Assembly (NCBI GenBank): GCA_964384055.1
Contig: CAYLIV010000008.1
Location: forward strand, 25,166-89,165
Length of the DNA stretch: 64,000 bases
Reading direction: 5' to 3'
DNA from: an uncultured Fibrobacteraceae bacterium
GTDB lineage: Bacteria > Krumholzibacteriota > Krumholzibacteriia > LZORAL124-64-63
Shown: piece after piece, positions 8,667 through 19,950 of the stretch
Position numbering within the stretch: position 1 is the stretch's first letter
Layout: the number at the start of each line of letters is the position of its first letter
Made by a program: the position numbers and the translations under genes
Notes under the pieces: model-generated
What the model was told of the DNA's origin: nothing
Database searches by the model: none
The model's input: only the letters and a program-made list of their open reading frames with translations

Positions 8667-11600
8667 TTACTTCAACAACACCATCTTCCGCGTCAGCACC
8701 TCGTTAGCGAAGCTCAGACGGCTGAAATACAGACCGCTGGACATCTGGCGGCCGTCGTCGTCACGGCCGAGCCAGACCACGTGGTGGCTGCCGGCAGCGA
8801 GTTCGCCGCTGACCAGTGTGGCCACCTGACGGCCCGACAGATCGAAGATGGTCAGATCCACCTTGCCTGTCGCCGGCAGATCGAAGGCGATCGTCGTCTT
8901 GGGATTGAAGGGATTCGGGTAGTTCTCACCCAGCGCGAGCTTGGTCGGCACGCGCTCGGCGCCGTCATCCACAGCGGTCTCCAGCTGGCGCTCGGCCACG
9001 AGCAGGAAGTCGTCGACACCCGCCTCGACCAGTGAAGGATTGACGCTATCATCGGCGATGAACCGGATCTGTACGCGGTTGCTCAAGGTGATGTAGGCGG
9101 TCAGATCGAAGCTCATCTCCGTCCACACGGCCGCGGTGGCCTGGGTGGCCTCGAGGGGCACCCAGTCGATGCCGTTGCTGGTCACGTCGACGCGCCACCA
9201 GTCCTCGCCGGGGTTGTTGCCGGCGTTGTTGGTGTACCAGCGCCAGTAGCTGACCGAGGCGGAAACGGCGTCGGACAGATCGAAGATGGGCGACAGCAGC
9301 GTCGTCTTGCCGCCGTCCACGTCGTTGGCACCGGCAGTGCCGCCCGGTGAACCGTTGCCGGTCACGTAGCAGTTAACGCCGGGCGCCGGTGTGTGATCGT
9401 CCTCCATCTGCACGACGACGCTGTTGTAGGTCGTACCGACGGGATCGACCCGGTCCCAGATACCGCTGCTGGCATTGTCACCGAGTGCGCCGACGGTCCA
9501 GCCCAGATCGGTTTCCATGTCGTCGAACCAGCCGCCGACCGCCACCGTGAAGTCGAACTCGGCCTGGTAGCCGTTGCCGGCATCGACGACCATGTGCACG
9601 GTCAGGCTGGTCGGGGACGGACACATGGGCGAAACCTGGAGCGTGAACATTCCGGCCGTGCCCTGACCGCCGAGAACAATCGCTTCGCAAGCGGCCGTTC
9701 CGGCGAGGATGGTCAGATCCATCTCGTCGCTCGTGATCGTAGCTGTGCCGGCTTCGCTGTCTGAATGTCCCGTGTTGTCCAGGCCGACCCACAGCTGGAA
9801 GCTCTCGCCCGGCTCGATCACACCGTTGGCATTGCCGCCGTTATCCACGATATCCAGCATGCCGTTGGCCGTCAGCACCGGAGCCTGCGCCTGCAGCCCG
9901 AAGTTCATCTCCCAGATGTCGCGGCCCGCCGTGGCGGTCAGCGTGAAGGGAATGATGTAGCCGTCGGGCACATCGCCGGCCACCTCGACGGCGAAGGGCG
10001 CATCACCGGTGGCCAGGCCGCCGGCGGGAATGTCGGGGTAGGTGGCGCTACCGTCGACGACGGTGACATTGGCGTCAGCCGAGCTCAGCACCGCACTGAC
10101 CGCCGTTGCCGGCTCCACACCCACGTTCTCGAGGCTGATCTCCAGATCGGCCGACTCGCCCTCGTCCAGCTCGCCGTCGACATCACCGTCCGGATCCATG
10201 ACCGTACAGGTGTTCAGCACCAGGTACGGGCCCTCCGGCGGCAGCGCCGGCACCTCGTTCTGCACCGTGACCATGTTGTAGGCGGTCACCGTCAGGGTCA
10301 GGGTGACCACGGTTGCCGGCGGCTCGTCCATCACGATGGTCGTGTTACCCGAATGATCGGTCACGCCCGTGCCGTAGAGGATGCCGTCCGCGTAGAGTGC
10401 ACACAGGGCGCCGGTGACGCCGGGCACCGACACATCGTAGGTGTTCTGGCCGATGATCAGGGCGCCGGCGTGGTTGACGGTCATCACCTGCGCGGCCTTG
10501 GTGCGCACCGCGATCGAGGGATCACCGAAGATCGTCCAGTTCAGGAACTCGTTCTCTCCGGAGGTCCCGTACTCGTCCATCATGAGGCAGGAACCGTTGA
10601 ACCACAGGCCGCCGATCGTGCGCATCTGATCGGCGACGAGCAGATCGACCGCCTCGTCCTGGGCGGCCATGGGCGGATTCCAGGACTGGCTGATGTAGGA
10701 CATGTAGCTGGCGATGGCGCCGGTGGGCGTACCGCCGTTGGTCGCCCGCTGCCAGGCCTCGGCGAAACAGGTACCGGAATCGAAGGTACCGTTGTTGCAG
10801 GCCACGCTAACGATGAACGGCAGCATGTTGTCGTTGACCAGAGCGTTCACGTGCGTGTTGCTGAATCCGGTCGAGCCCCACGAGGTCTGGCTGCCGTGGC
10901 CGGTGTAGTTGACGATGCCGCGACCCGTGTTGAGGCCCGCGGTCACCTGCGCCGCGGTGCCGGACGGATCGTAGATCTGGTCGACGCCGAGGTACCCGTA
11001 GTTGAGCAGCTTCTGACGGATCACGTCCTCGTGTTCGTCGTCGTATTCGCCGTCGTCGCCGGGCCCCTGGTTGGAGGCCACGCCCATGCCATACTGGGGC
11101 CAAACCCCGCCGGCCATCTGGTCACGTTCGTAGGTGATGGTCCGTTCGACCTGGGTCTGTACCTGGGTGGCGTTCTCGGCGCTGAATCGGCCGACGAACA
11201 GTTCGGGATAGTTGTCGCCGCCGACCAGAGTCGAGTAACCGGGATCCGAATCCGAACCGTAGCGCGGCAGCTGCGCGGCATCACCGATCAGCAGCACGTA
11301 GGACGGTTCCCAACTGGCGAATTCGGTGCCGATGTAGCTCTTGATCTGCGAGTAGGATGAACCAGTCTCGGACAGGGTGGCCAGCTTGGTCGGGATGCCC
11401 TTCTGCATCTTCCACTCGACGAGCGGCTGCACGTACGGTGCGAAGGCGTCGTAGGAGATGATCAGCAGGCCACCGTCTTCCAGAACCGGCGTGTAGCGGC
11501 TGCCCTGATAGTTGATGAAGTGATTCTGGTACAGCTTCACGAACTGCGGATCCATCTTGGCCGGCAGGCTGTTGCGCTCGAGTACGTTTACCGTACCGGA

Positions 11601-12215
11601 CCCCACCGGTGCGACCTCGATGCGCACCCGGGTATAGACCCGCAGGGTCTCGGTGGCCGGGAAGTACTGAAACGAATTGCAGCCCACGACCATACCCCGA
11701 AAATCGCGCACGATGTGCGGATCGTCGGCGGCGACCGTCGCGGCCGGATAGACACCCGAGCCCTGGTAGAATGCGTCGAAGACGTAGGGCACGGTGGCCG
11801 GATCCACGCTCCGCAACAGGTTGCCTTTGGACGGCGCGACGGGCAGATCGGGAACATCCACGTATTCCGACGCGATGATGGTCACTGCCATCTGCCGGTC
11901 GTCGGGAATGATCAGACCGCGACGCAGGCTGGGTAGCGACGGGAAGCCGGCGTCCAGCGAAATACCCTCTCGTTCGAGTGTGATCTCGAAATAGGTACGG
12001 CCGTCGATCTCGACCGGTTCGGCATCGAAGCCGCCGACCGAGACCTCGTACACGGTTCGCTGTCCGTCGTATTCGATAACGTCGACGGCAACCGGTGCGC
12101 CGCCGAGATCGAACCATTCCGCGCTGGCCAGTGTGGGGATCAGTCCTGTAAGCACAACAATCAAGCAGAGTTGCCAGCCACAGAACCTGGACTGGAATCT
12201 TTCACGGAAATACAT
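8667..12215 (-). CDS. peptidase C25 (gingipain-like cysteine protease) with T9SS C-terminal sorting domain
   Basis: Strong RBS aaaggggggg. Signal peptide. Catalytic His/Cys motifs NYTGHGSQTSWG and FIVSVACNNGTF, typical of C25. Ig/CARDB-like repeats. C-terminal YPNPFNP...SGLYF...VLLK matches a T9SS type-A CTD. Confidence 0.85.
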   Translation of the reverse strand: MYFRERFQSRFCGWQLCLIVVLTGLIPTLASAEWFDLGGAPVAVDVIEYDGQRTVYEVSVGGFDAEPVEIDGRTYFEITLEREGISLDAGFPSLPSLRRGLIIPDDRQMAVTIIASEYVDVPDLPVAPSKGNLLRSVDPATVPYVFDAFYQGSGVYPAATVAADDPHIVRDFRGMVVGCNSFQYFPATETLRVYTRVRIEVAPVGSGTVNVLERNSLPAKMDPQFVKLYQNHFINYQGSRYTPVLEDGGLLIISYDAFAPYVQPLVEWKMQKGIPTKLATLSETGSSYSQIKSYIGTEFASWEPSYVLLIGDAAQLPRYGSDSDPGYSTLVGGDNYPELFVGRFSAENATQVQTQVERTITYERDQMAGGVWPQYGMGVASNQGPGDDGEYDDEHEDVIRQKLLNYGYLGVDQIYDPSGTAAQVTAGLNTGRGIVNYTGHGSQTSWGSTGFSNTHVNALVNDNMLPFIVSVACNNGTFDSGTCFAEAWQRATNGGTPTGAIASYMSYISQSWNPPMAAQDEAVDLLVADQMRTIGGLWFNGSCLMMDEYGTSGENEFLNWTIFGDPSIAVRTKAAQVMTVNHAGALIIGQNTYDVSVPGVTGALCALYADGILYGTGVTDHSGNTTIVMDEPPATVVTLTLTVTAYNMVTVQNEVPALPPEGPYLVLNTCTVMDPDGDVDGELDEGESADLEISLENVGVEPATAVSAVLSSADANVTVVDGSATYPDIPAGGLATGDAPFAVEVAGDVPDGYIIPFTLTATAGRDIWEMNFGLQAQAPVLTANGMLDIVDNGGNANGVIEPGESFQLWVGLDNTGHSDSEAGTATITSDEMDLTILAGTAACEAIVLGGQGTAGMFTLQVSPMCPSPTSLTVHMVVDAGNGYQAEFDFTVAVGGWFDDMETDLGWTVGALGDNASSGIWDRVDPVGTTYNSVVVQMEDDHTPAPGVNCYVTGNGSPGGTAGANDVDGGKTTLLSPIFDLSDAVSASVSYWRWYTNNAGNNPGEDWWRVDVTSNGIDWVPLEATQATAAVWTEMSFDLTAYITLSNRVQIRFIADDSVNPSLVEAGVDDFLLVAERQLETAVDDGAERVPTKLALGENYPNPFNPKTTIAFDLPATGKVDLTIFDLSGRQVATLVSGELAAGSHHVVWLGRDDDGRQMSSGLYFSRLSFANEVLTRKMVLLK

Positions 12216-12567
12216 CGGCCCCCCCTTTTTCGGGTTACAGTTTCACGAAACACCAGTTATTGGCTCTCTCTAATGAGCATTTTGTACCCTAATTTTACCA
12301 CAAAAACGCTGGCGACTCAAAGACAAGCACCGCTAAATCGTAGTGAGGGTTTATTTTAAGAGAGTTTTAGTCTTGTTTAACGGCGCACGGCATACTTGCC
12401 GGCGCGGCACACGATCGATTCCCGAGACAGGTCGTGCCCTCGCTGCCGTTCTGTGGAAGAATCGAACGGCAACCGCGAGAAAACCTCAACGCTCGAACCG
12501 CCGGACCGGTATCACCCTGTAGACAGCGGGAGCCGGAGATCGGCGTATTCAGACACGGGATCTACAG

Positions 12568-13163
12568 TGAACGAGGATCGGGAACTCATCCGGCGCGCGC
12601 AGTACGGAGACGATCAGGCTTTCGCCGCGATCGTTTCGACGTACCAGCGAAGGATCGTCTCGATCGCGCTGCGGCTGCTCGGCAACCGGGACGACGCCCT
12701 CGATGTCGCCCAGGAGGTGTTCATCCGTTTGCACCGTTACTTGCCACAATACGACCGGCGCCGGCCGTTCTTCACCTGGCTCTACCGCATCGTGGTCAAT
12801 GTCTGCCACGATCAGCTGCGCAATGCGCGCCCGTGGCGCGACGCGGTGCCGCTTGGTGAGGTTCCGCCGGGGGATCTGCCGCGGTGCCCTCCCCCGGACC
12901 ACGCCGGTGGGGAGATCGGCGGGCGGGTGCGGGAGTTGACTGCGCGGCTGAGCGACACCCAGCGTCTGGTTTTCTTGTTGCGCGAGATGGAAGGGTTTTC
13001 CTGCGGACACATCGCGCAGACGATGGATCTGCCCGAGGGCACGGTTCGCAGCCACCTGCACCACGCCCGCAAGAAACTGAGCACCCTGCTGGCGAAGCAC
13101 TACCCTGAACTGATCGAGGGCCTGCACGCCGGCCGCAGCAAGGACAGAACCGATGCACTGTAA
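12568..13163 (+). CDS. RNA polymerase ECF sigma factor (sigma-70 family)
   Basis: Sigma-70 region 2 (DVAQEVFIRLHRYLPQYDRRRPFFTWLYRIVVNVCHD) and region 4 (LSDTQRLVFLLREMEGFSCGHIAQTMDLPEGTVRSHLHHARKKL). A GTG start at 12568 is proposed; the ORF-track N-terminus at 12396 is non-sigma-like. Confidence 0.8.
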
Positions 13164-13671
13164 CAAAGCTCGAGAACAGCTGCCGCTGCTGAGCGGACGG
13201 GACCTGCCCTGGCTGCAGACGCTGGCGGTGCGCCGCCACCTTCGGCGCTGTCCTGAATGCCGGCGGGAACTCGTTCGACTCGAGGCGGCGCGGGACGTTT
13301 TCGGTACGGCGCTCCGGCAACCGGTGGACGACGAACTGGTCGCCGCCGTGTGGCGGCGGGTTCGCGGCAGCCTGCCGGCGCGGCCAGCCCTTGCAGTGCC
13401 CCAGCATAACGAAATATCAGGTGGTCCTCGGTGGCCTCGATTCGCGATCCCGGCGCTAGCAGCCGCGGCGGCACTGGCGTTGATCCTGGCACCCGGTCTA
13501 CGCGACGGCGGACACGGGGGCCGGCACACTACCGATATGTCGACACCGACGGCGACCGTGGAAGGTCCGCACGAGCCGGGTACGACAGTCTTGACGTTTC
13601 AGAACGAGAATCCCGACGTGACCATCATCTGGTTTTTTTCGGATGGCTCTGTAACAGAAGGAGAGGTTTGA
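13153..13671 (+). CDS. zinc-finger (ZAS/HC2-type) anti-sigma factor, single-pass membrane protein
   Basis: Start overlaps the sigma gene stop. HxxxCxxC motif HLRRCPECRREL, a TM helix FAIPALAAAAALALILAP, and a short extracytoplasmic tail. Confidence 0.6.
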   Translation: MHCNKAREQLPLLSGRDLPWLQTLAVRRHLRRCPECRRELVRLEAARDVFGTALRQPVDDELVAAVWRRVRGSLPARPALAVPQHNEISGGPRWPRFAIPALAAAAALALILAPGLRDGGHGGRHTTDMSTPTATVEGPHEPGTTVLTFQNENPDVTIIWFFSDGSVTEGEV

Positions 13672-13672
13672 A

Positions 13673-14635
13673 ATGCGATACAGGAATGCCGCGACACCAT
13701 CGATCGTACTGCTCGTGATCTGCTGTCTGGCGGCAGCGGCGCTGGCGCAGGGCGTTACCGGACGCGTCACCGACTCCCGCACGGGCGAGCCGATCGCCGA
13801 TGCGAAGATCATCTTCAACCACACCGGGCAGTCCCATCTGGTCTACGGCGTCAAGTCCGACGCCGACGGTTACTTCGATACCGGGGAAATCACCGAGCGA
13901 TTCGAGCACAAGGCCGGCGACATCGTCATCGTGACGGTCACCGCCCGCGGCTACGGCCAGATCGACTCGCAGGTGATCCTCGAACGCGGGGTCAGCCAGG
14001 AGAATTTCCAGCTCTACTCGATCCAGGAGCGGATACAGCGGGTGTTCACCCTGCAGCACCGGAAGGTCGAGGACCTGTTCGACATGCTCCGACCCTACGT
14101 GATCAACATGCAGGACATCGGCATCTCCGAACAATTCAATACGATCACGGTCAAGGAATCGCCGGAACAACTGCAACGGATCGCGCAGGTGATCGACGAG
14201 TTCGACACGCCGCTGAAGCAGATCTGGCTCGAGGTGATCCTCGTGCTCGCCTCGGGCGATGGTACCCGCGGGGCGGAATTCCCGCCCGAACTGGCTGACG
14301 TCGTCGCCAAGCTCGGACCGCTTTTCGTCTTCGACCGCTATCGAATCATCGGCCGGGCCAACGCCATGGGACTCGAGGGATCGACGCTGGTCTTCTCGTC
14401 CGGTACCGATGATGCCGAGTCTGCCGATTTCCAGGTCCTCGTCGAAGGTCTCGGTTACGCGAACGGGATCGTCAAGCTCGAGGATCTGCGCATCGACGTG
14501 CGCAAGCCTACCAGCAAACACATCAAGACCACCGTCAACGTGACCGCGGGCGAGATGGTGATCCTCGGCGCCTCCAGCGGCGACGCAGCCGAGGGTTCGC
14601 TGATCACCGTGGTGACAGCGCGAATCGGTTCCTGA
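13673..14635 (+). CDS. secreted protein with carboxypeptidase-regulatory-like domain plus secretin_N and secretin-like C-terminal region (mini-secretin-like)
   Basis: RBS aggagag. Signal peptide. GVTGRVTDSRTGEPIADAKIIF fits CarbopepD_reg. IQRVFTLQHRKVEDLFDMLRPYV...NTITVKESPEQLQRIAQVIDEFD resembles a secretin N-domain. KQIWLEVILVLA...TTVNVTAGEMVILGA...GSLITVVTARI resembles the start, middle and end motifs of a secretin domain. Confidence 0.45.
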   Translation: MRYRNAATPSIVLLVICCLAAAALAQGVTGRVTDSRTGEPIADAKIIFNHTGQSHLVYGVKSDADGYFDTGEITERFEHKAGDIVIVTVTARGYGQIDSQVILERGVSQENFQLYSIQERIQRVFTLQHRKVEDLFDMLRPYVINMQDIGISEQFNTITVKESPEQLQRIAQVIDEFDTPLKQIWLEVILVLASGDGTRGAEFPPELADVVAKLGPLFVFDRYRIIGRANAMGLEGSTLVFSSGTDDAESADFQVLVEGLGYANGIVKLEDLRIDVRKPTSKHIKTTVNVTAGEMVILGASSGDAAEGSLITVVTARIGS

Positions 14636-14679
14636 ATTCGTGTGCTGGGTCCGGCGCTCCCGGATCAGGCACCGACGAC

Positions 14680-14714
14680 AATGGGCCTGCCCCGAACGGG
14701 AGCAGGCCCATTGC
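14680..14714. terminator. hairpin between convergent genes (12-bp perfect stem caatgggcctgc/gcaggcccattg, 11-nt loop)
   Basis: Perfect inverted repeat in the 114-nt convergent intergenic region. It is followed by ccttcttc on the + strand. The - strand lacks a clear U-tract. Confidence 0.4.
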
Positions 14715-14749
14715 CTTCTTCGACGTTGTCCGACCGAGTCCCGAAGGAA

Positions 14750-16780
<2,031 letters not shown>

Positions 16781-17096
16781 GCTGGCACTTTCCTCCTGGT
16801 AGAATGAAGGCCCGTACTGCACGTACGAACCCGGAGCAAACACCCAGGCCAACCCCCTGTCGCACAGAACGCAGGCGAAAAACGCCCTTACGCACACGGT
16901 TCCGAACGCTGGAAAGTCGGCCCACGAGAACCTATCGGAAATCGGCGAGTGCCGATTCGCTTCGGCGTCGAAAATAGCTCCCGTAGCGAGCGTGAGCAAG
17001 GAATTGTCAAAAAAATCACAGCAAGTAGTAAAGAGACGGGAATAGCTGAAATACACCCGGATCACCGCTGCCCGTGCGCGCGGGGAAGCGGCGGAA

Positions 17097-17888
17097 TCAG
17101 GCGCCGACTTTTCGGAGGATCTCTATCAGCTCGACCTCGAAGATCAGCGTGGTGGCGGGTGGCACGATCACCTCGCCGTCCTGCAACGCGCCGGTGTGGC
17201 CGTAGCCCAGTTCGGGCGGGATGGTCAGGATGGACTTGCCGCCTTGCTTCATGCCCACGACCCCCATGTCGAGGCCGGGAATGACCTCGTCCGCGCCGAC
17301 GGTGATCTGAATCGCCGACCCACGGATGAGTGAACTGTCGAAGCGTTCCTTCTTCTCGCCGTTCTCCGCGATCCAACCGTCATAATGGATCAGCAGCATG
17401 TCTCCCACGACGGCGGATCTTCCCTCGCCGCGCTCCAGAATCTCACGCTCGACCAGCGGCACTTTCAACAGCTCGATCTCGGCGATCAGGGTAGTGTTGG
17501 GCGGCACGCGTTCATTACCGGTCGCCCCGAAGGCCAGTTCAGGCGGGATCACGAGTCGCCGCTTGCCGCCGACCCGCATACCGGTGATCCCCCGCTCGAG
17601 TCCATCGAAAACCATGCCCTTGCCGAGCTGGAACATGGGTGAATGCTCCAGATCGTGCGTATCCTCGAGCACCTCGCCCGGCCGGCCGTCGACCGCCAGC
17701 CAGCTCGCGACGTTGACGACGACGAAATCCCCGTCCGTCGCCAGGGTGCCATCACCGATTGCCAGGTCGGTAACCTGTAAAGTCGCCGATCCGACCGACG
17801 GCGTCTGGTCTCGCGTACCGCACCCGACCAACGCCGAACAGAGCGTCACCAGTATCCAGACCGGTGTTACACGGAATCGCGTCATCAT
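17097..17888 (-). CDS. FKBP-type peptidyl-prolyl cis-trans isomerase, tandem FKBP domains, lipoprotein
   Basis: Lipobox LVGCG. Two FKBP domains ([13 protein letters not shown]...[36 protein letters not shown] and a second copy). Confidence 0.8.
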   Translation of the reverse strand: MMTRFRVTPVWILVTLCSALVGCGTRDQTPSVGSATLQVTDLAIGDGTLATDGDFVVVNVASWLAVDGRPGEVLEDTHDLEHSPMFQLGKGMVFDGLERGITGMRVGGKRRLVIPPELAFGATGNERVPPNTTLIAEIELLKVPLVEREILERGEGRSAVVGDMLLIHYDGWIAENGEKKERFDSSLIRGSAIQITVGADEVIPGLDMGVVGMKQGGKSILTIPPELGYGHTGALQDGEVIVPPATTLIFEVELIEILRKVGA

Positions 17889-17936
17889 CCAACCTTTCTC
17901 AGGACACCTCGTCGCAGCGACGGCTTCGGTCTGCGT

Positions 17937-19280
17937 TCACCGTCGTATGGACGCCGTGATAGCGTGTTTGTTCCGAGAAAAATACTCGACGGCGAGCACG
18001 AAAAAGAGCGCGGCGAGGAAGGCCAGCACCGTCAATATGGTCGTCGCCCGCAGTTTCCGCGGCCGAACCGGCTTGTTCGTGACGCTGATGGCGCCGATCG
18101 TCTCGAGCGGCGACAGCAGCCCCAGACGAACGTGTTCCGAGTTGATGTTCTGCTGGAGTTGCTGATGCTGGTAGGGCAGGTCGTGTTCGATCTGGATCTC
18201 GAAATCGCCGATCTCCCGGTCGGCATCGACGGCCCGCATCCGCAAGGCGAGATCGCGCTCCGTCCGCAGCGTCTCGATCTCGTGCATGGTCCGTTGGATG
18301 CCGATTTGCAGGGTGTCGGCCATGACCTGGACATCCAGGATGTGTCGGCTCATCTCGTTGACGGTCAGCAACAGCTCACCAGCTCGGGCAACCGCCGCCG
18401 GCGATTCTATCTGCTCTATGCTGGCGGCGAGATCCTGCGGCTCGCCTGCCGGCGACGGGTCGCCGCTCTCGGTACGCAGATAACGCGCCAGAGCGGCTTC
18501 AGCACCGACCAGCCGCCGGCGCGCCGTCGTGATCTCCGAGTGCGCGGCATCGACGATTCGTTGCCGGGCGTCGTTCATCTTTTCCAGCGCCGCCACATCG
18601 GCTGCGATCTGTTCGCGTTCCAGAGCGATCAGCTCGAGTTCCCGTTGCTTCATGCGGATCGAGTGTTCCAGTAGCGCTCGCTCGCCAAGCAGTTTGCTCT
18701 GATCACCCTCGAACATCGCGATCCGGATCCGCGCGCCGCCCCTGGTCAGATGCAACGTACTGCCGAGGCTGTCCGACGCCGCCTGGGCGTTGAACGCAGC
18801 GATGGCCTGATCGAGTATCAGCTTCGCTTCAGCGGGATCGCGAGCGAGATTCTCCAGCATGATGACGTCGCCGCCCTCGACATACTGCGGTCCCTGCGGT
18901 ATGAACTCCGCCGTGACGACGGGTGCTCTTTTGTAGCTGTCGAACGCCGGCTGCGCTTGCATGTCGCTCCAGTAGAGCTCGGTGCGGAACCAGCGGACGA
19001 TGTCTTTGAGATGCCACTCGCGCACCGGCGCGCCGTAATCGGTATAGCTCACGATACCGGGACGAACCTGGGCGGTCGCCCGATAGAGCGGCCTGGTAAG
19101 AAAGCTGTAGGCCAGGCCGGCGACCACGCCGAGCACCGTGATCAGCAGGATGGTCCAGCGGCGTCGCCAGAAGACGTTCAGGATCTGCGTGAACGAAAAA
19201 ACGTTCTCGCTCGCGACTCGGTCCGGGACCGGACGACCGGCGCCGGAACCAACAGCAGGTGTATCCGTCGACAAGGCCAC
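17937..19280 (-). CDS. Wzz/GumC-like polysaccharide chain-length determinant (no kinase domain)
   Basis: N-terminal TM helix after a Wzz-like motif (FSFTQILNVFWRRRWTILLITVLGVVAGLAYSF), a long coiled-coil periplasmic region, and a C-terminal TM helix. Confidence 0.7.
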   Translation of the reverse strand: MALSTDTPAVGSGAGRPVPDRVASENVFSFTQILNVFWRRRWTILLITVLGVVAGLAYSFLTRPLYRATAQVRPGIVSYTDYGAPVREWHLKDIVRWFRTELYWSDMQAQPAFDSYKRAPVVTAEFIPQGPQYVEGGDVIMLENLARDPAEAKLILDQAIAAFNAQAASDSLGSTLHLTRGGARIRIAMFEGDQSKLLGERALLEHSIRMKQRELELIALEREQIAADVAALEKMNDARQRIVDAAHSEITTARRRLVGAEAALARYLRTESGDPSPAGEPQDLAASIEQIESPAAVARAGELLLTVNEMSRHILDVQVMADTLQIGIQRTMHEIETLRTERDLALRMRAVDADREIGDFEIQIEHDLPYQHQQLQQNINSEHVRLGLLSPLETIGAISVTNKPVRPRKLRATTILTVLAFLAALFFVLAVEYFSRNKHAITASIRR

Positions 19281-19348
19281 TCCTTTGACAGGTCAACTCG
19301 GCAACGCGGTTCGGCCGGCCACGGCTTCAGCAGACGCCGTCCTCGCGT

Positions 19349-19918
19349 TCACCCCCCGATCAACCGCCCCAAGTTCTTTTCCGAATCGGCCAGCACCTGC
19401 GCGTGCAGCGATTTGCCGTGGGAATCCATGGTCACCACGACCGGGAAGCGCTCGACCCGGAATTCCCAGATCGCTTCCGGCGAGCCGAATTTCTCCAGGA
19501 AATGCACATCGGGCACCTCGACCACCCGCTCGGCCAGCACCTGGGCGGCGCCGCCGATGGCATGCAGGTACACGCCGCCGACCTTCTGGCAGTATTCCAG
19601 CGTCTTTGGTCCCATACCGCCCTTGCCGATGACGGCGCGGATCTTGTACTGCTCCATCAACGGCCCCTGGTAGGGTTCCTCGCGGATGCTGGTCGTGGGG
19701 CCGGCTGCCTTGACGACCCACTTGCCGCCCTCTTGCACGACAACCGGACCGCAGTGATAGATGATACTGTCGGTCAGGTCGACCGGCGGCCGGCCGCCGT
19801 CGTGCAGATATTTGTGAACGGCGTCGCGCCCGGTGTATATCATCCCCGTGATCTCGACGCGGTCGCCGACCCGGAGGCTGCGGATTTTCTTTTCGGTGAA
19901 CGGTGCTTCCAGCAGCAT
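19349..19918 (-). CDS. class I fumarate hydratase / L(+)-tartrate dehydratase beta subunit
   Basis: RBS aaggagg before ATG at 19918. C-terminal fumarase domain motifs (MIYTGRDAVHKYL, AVIGKGGMGPKT, VGGVYLHAIGGAAQ). The 135-codon ORF-track extension is Arg-rich and rejected. Confidence 0.8.
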   Translation of the reverse strand: MLLEAPFTEKKIRSLRVGDRVEITGMIYTGRDAVHKYLHDGGRPPVDLTDSIIYHCGPVVVQEGGKWVVKAAGPTTSIREEPYQGPLMEQYKIRAVIGKGGMGPKTLEYCQKVGGVYLHAIGGAAQVLAERVVEVPDVHFLEKFGSPEAIWEFRVERFPVVVTMDSHGKSLHAQVLADSEKNLGRLIGG

Positions 19919-19950
19919 GACTGCCTCCTTTTCCGTGGACGTGGCGTGCC

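Noticed and set aside
9765-11360. 531-aa plus-strand ORF, and the 278-aa minus-strand ORF at 11281-12117
   Set aside because: Both lie inside or antisense to the C25 peptidase gene, which has clear catalytic motifs in its own frame. Arg/Gly-rich translations.
12400-12567. ECF-type promoter for the first sigma factor
   Set aside because: Several GAAC-like hexamers are present (tcgaacggc, tcgaaccgc), but none has a convincing -10 GTC element at 16-17 nt spacing. Too ambiguous to call.
16781-17065. 95-codon N-terminal extension of hppA
   Set aside because: H+-PPases begin near MGNMIY.. with an immediate TM helix. A strong RBS precedes ATG 16780. The extension is Cys/Phe-rich with no RBS.
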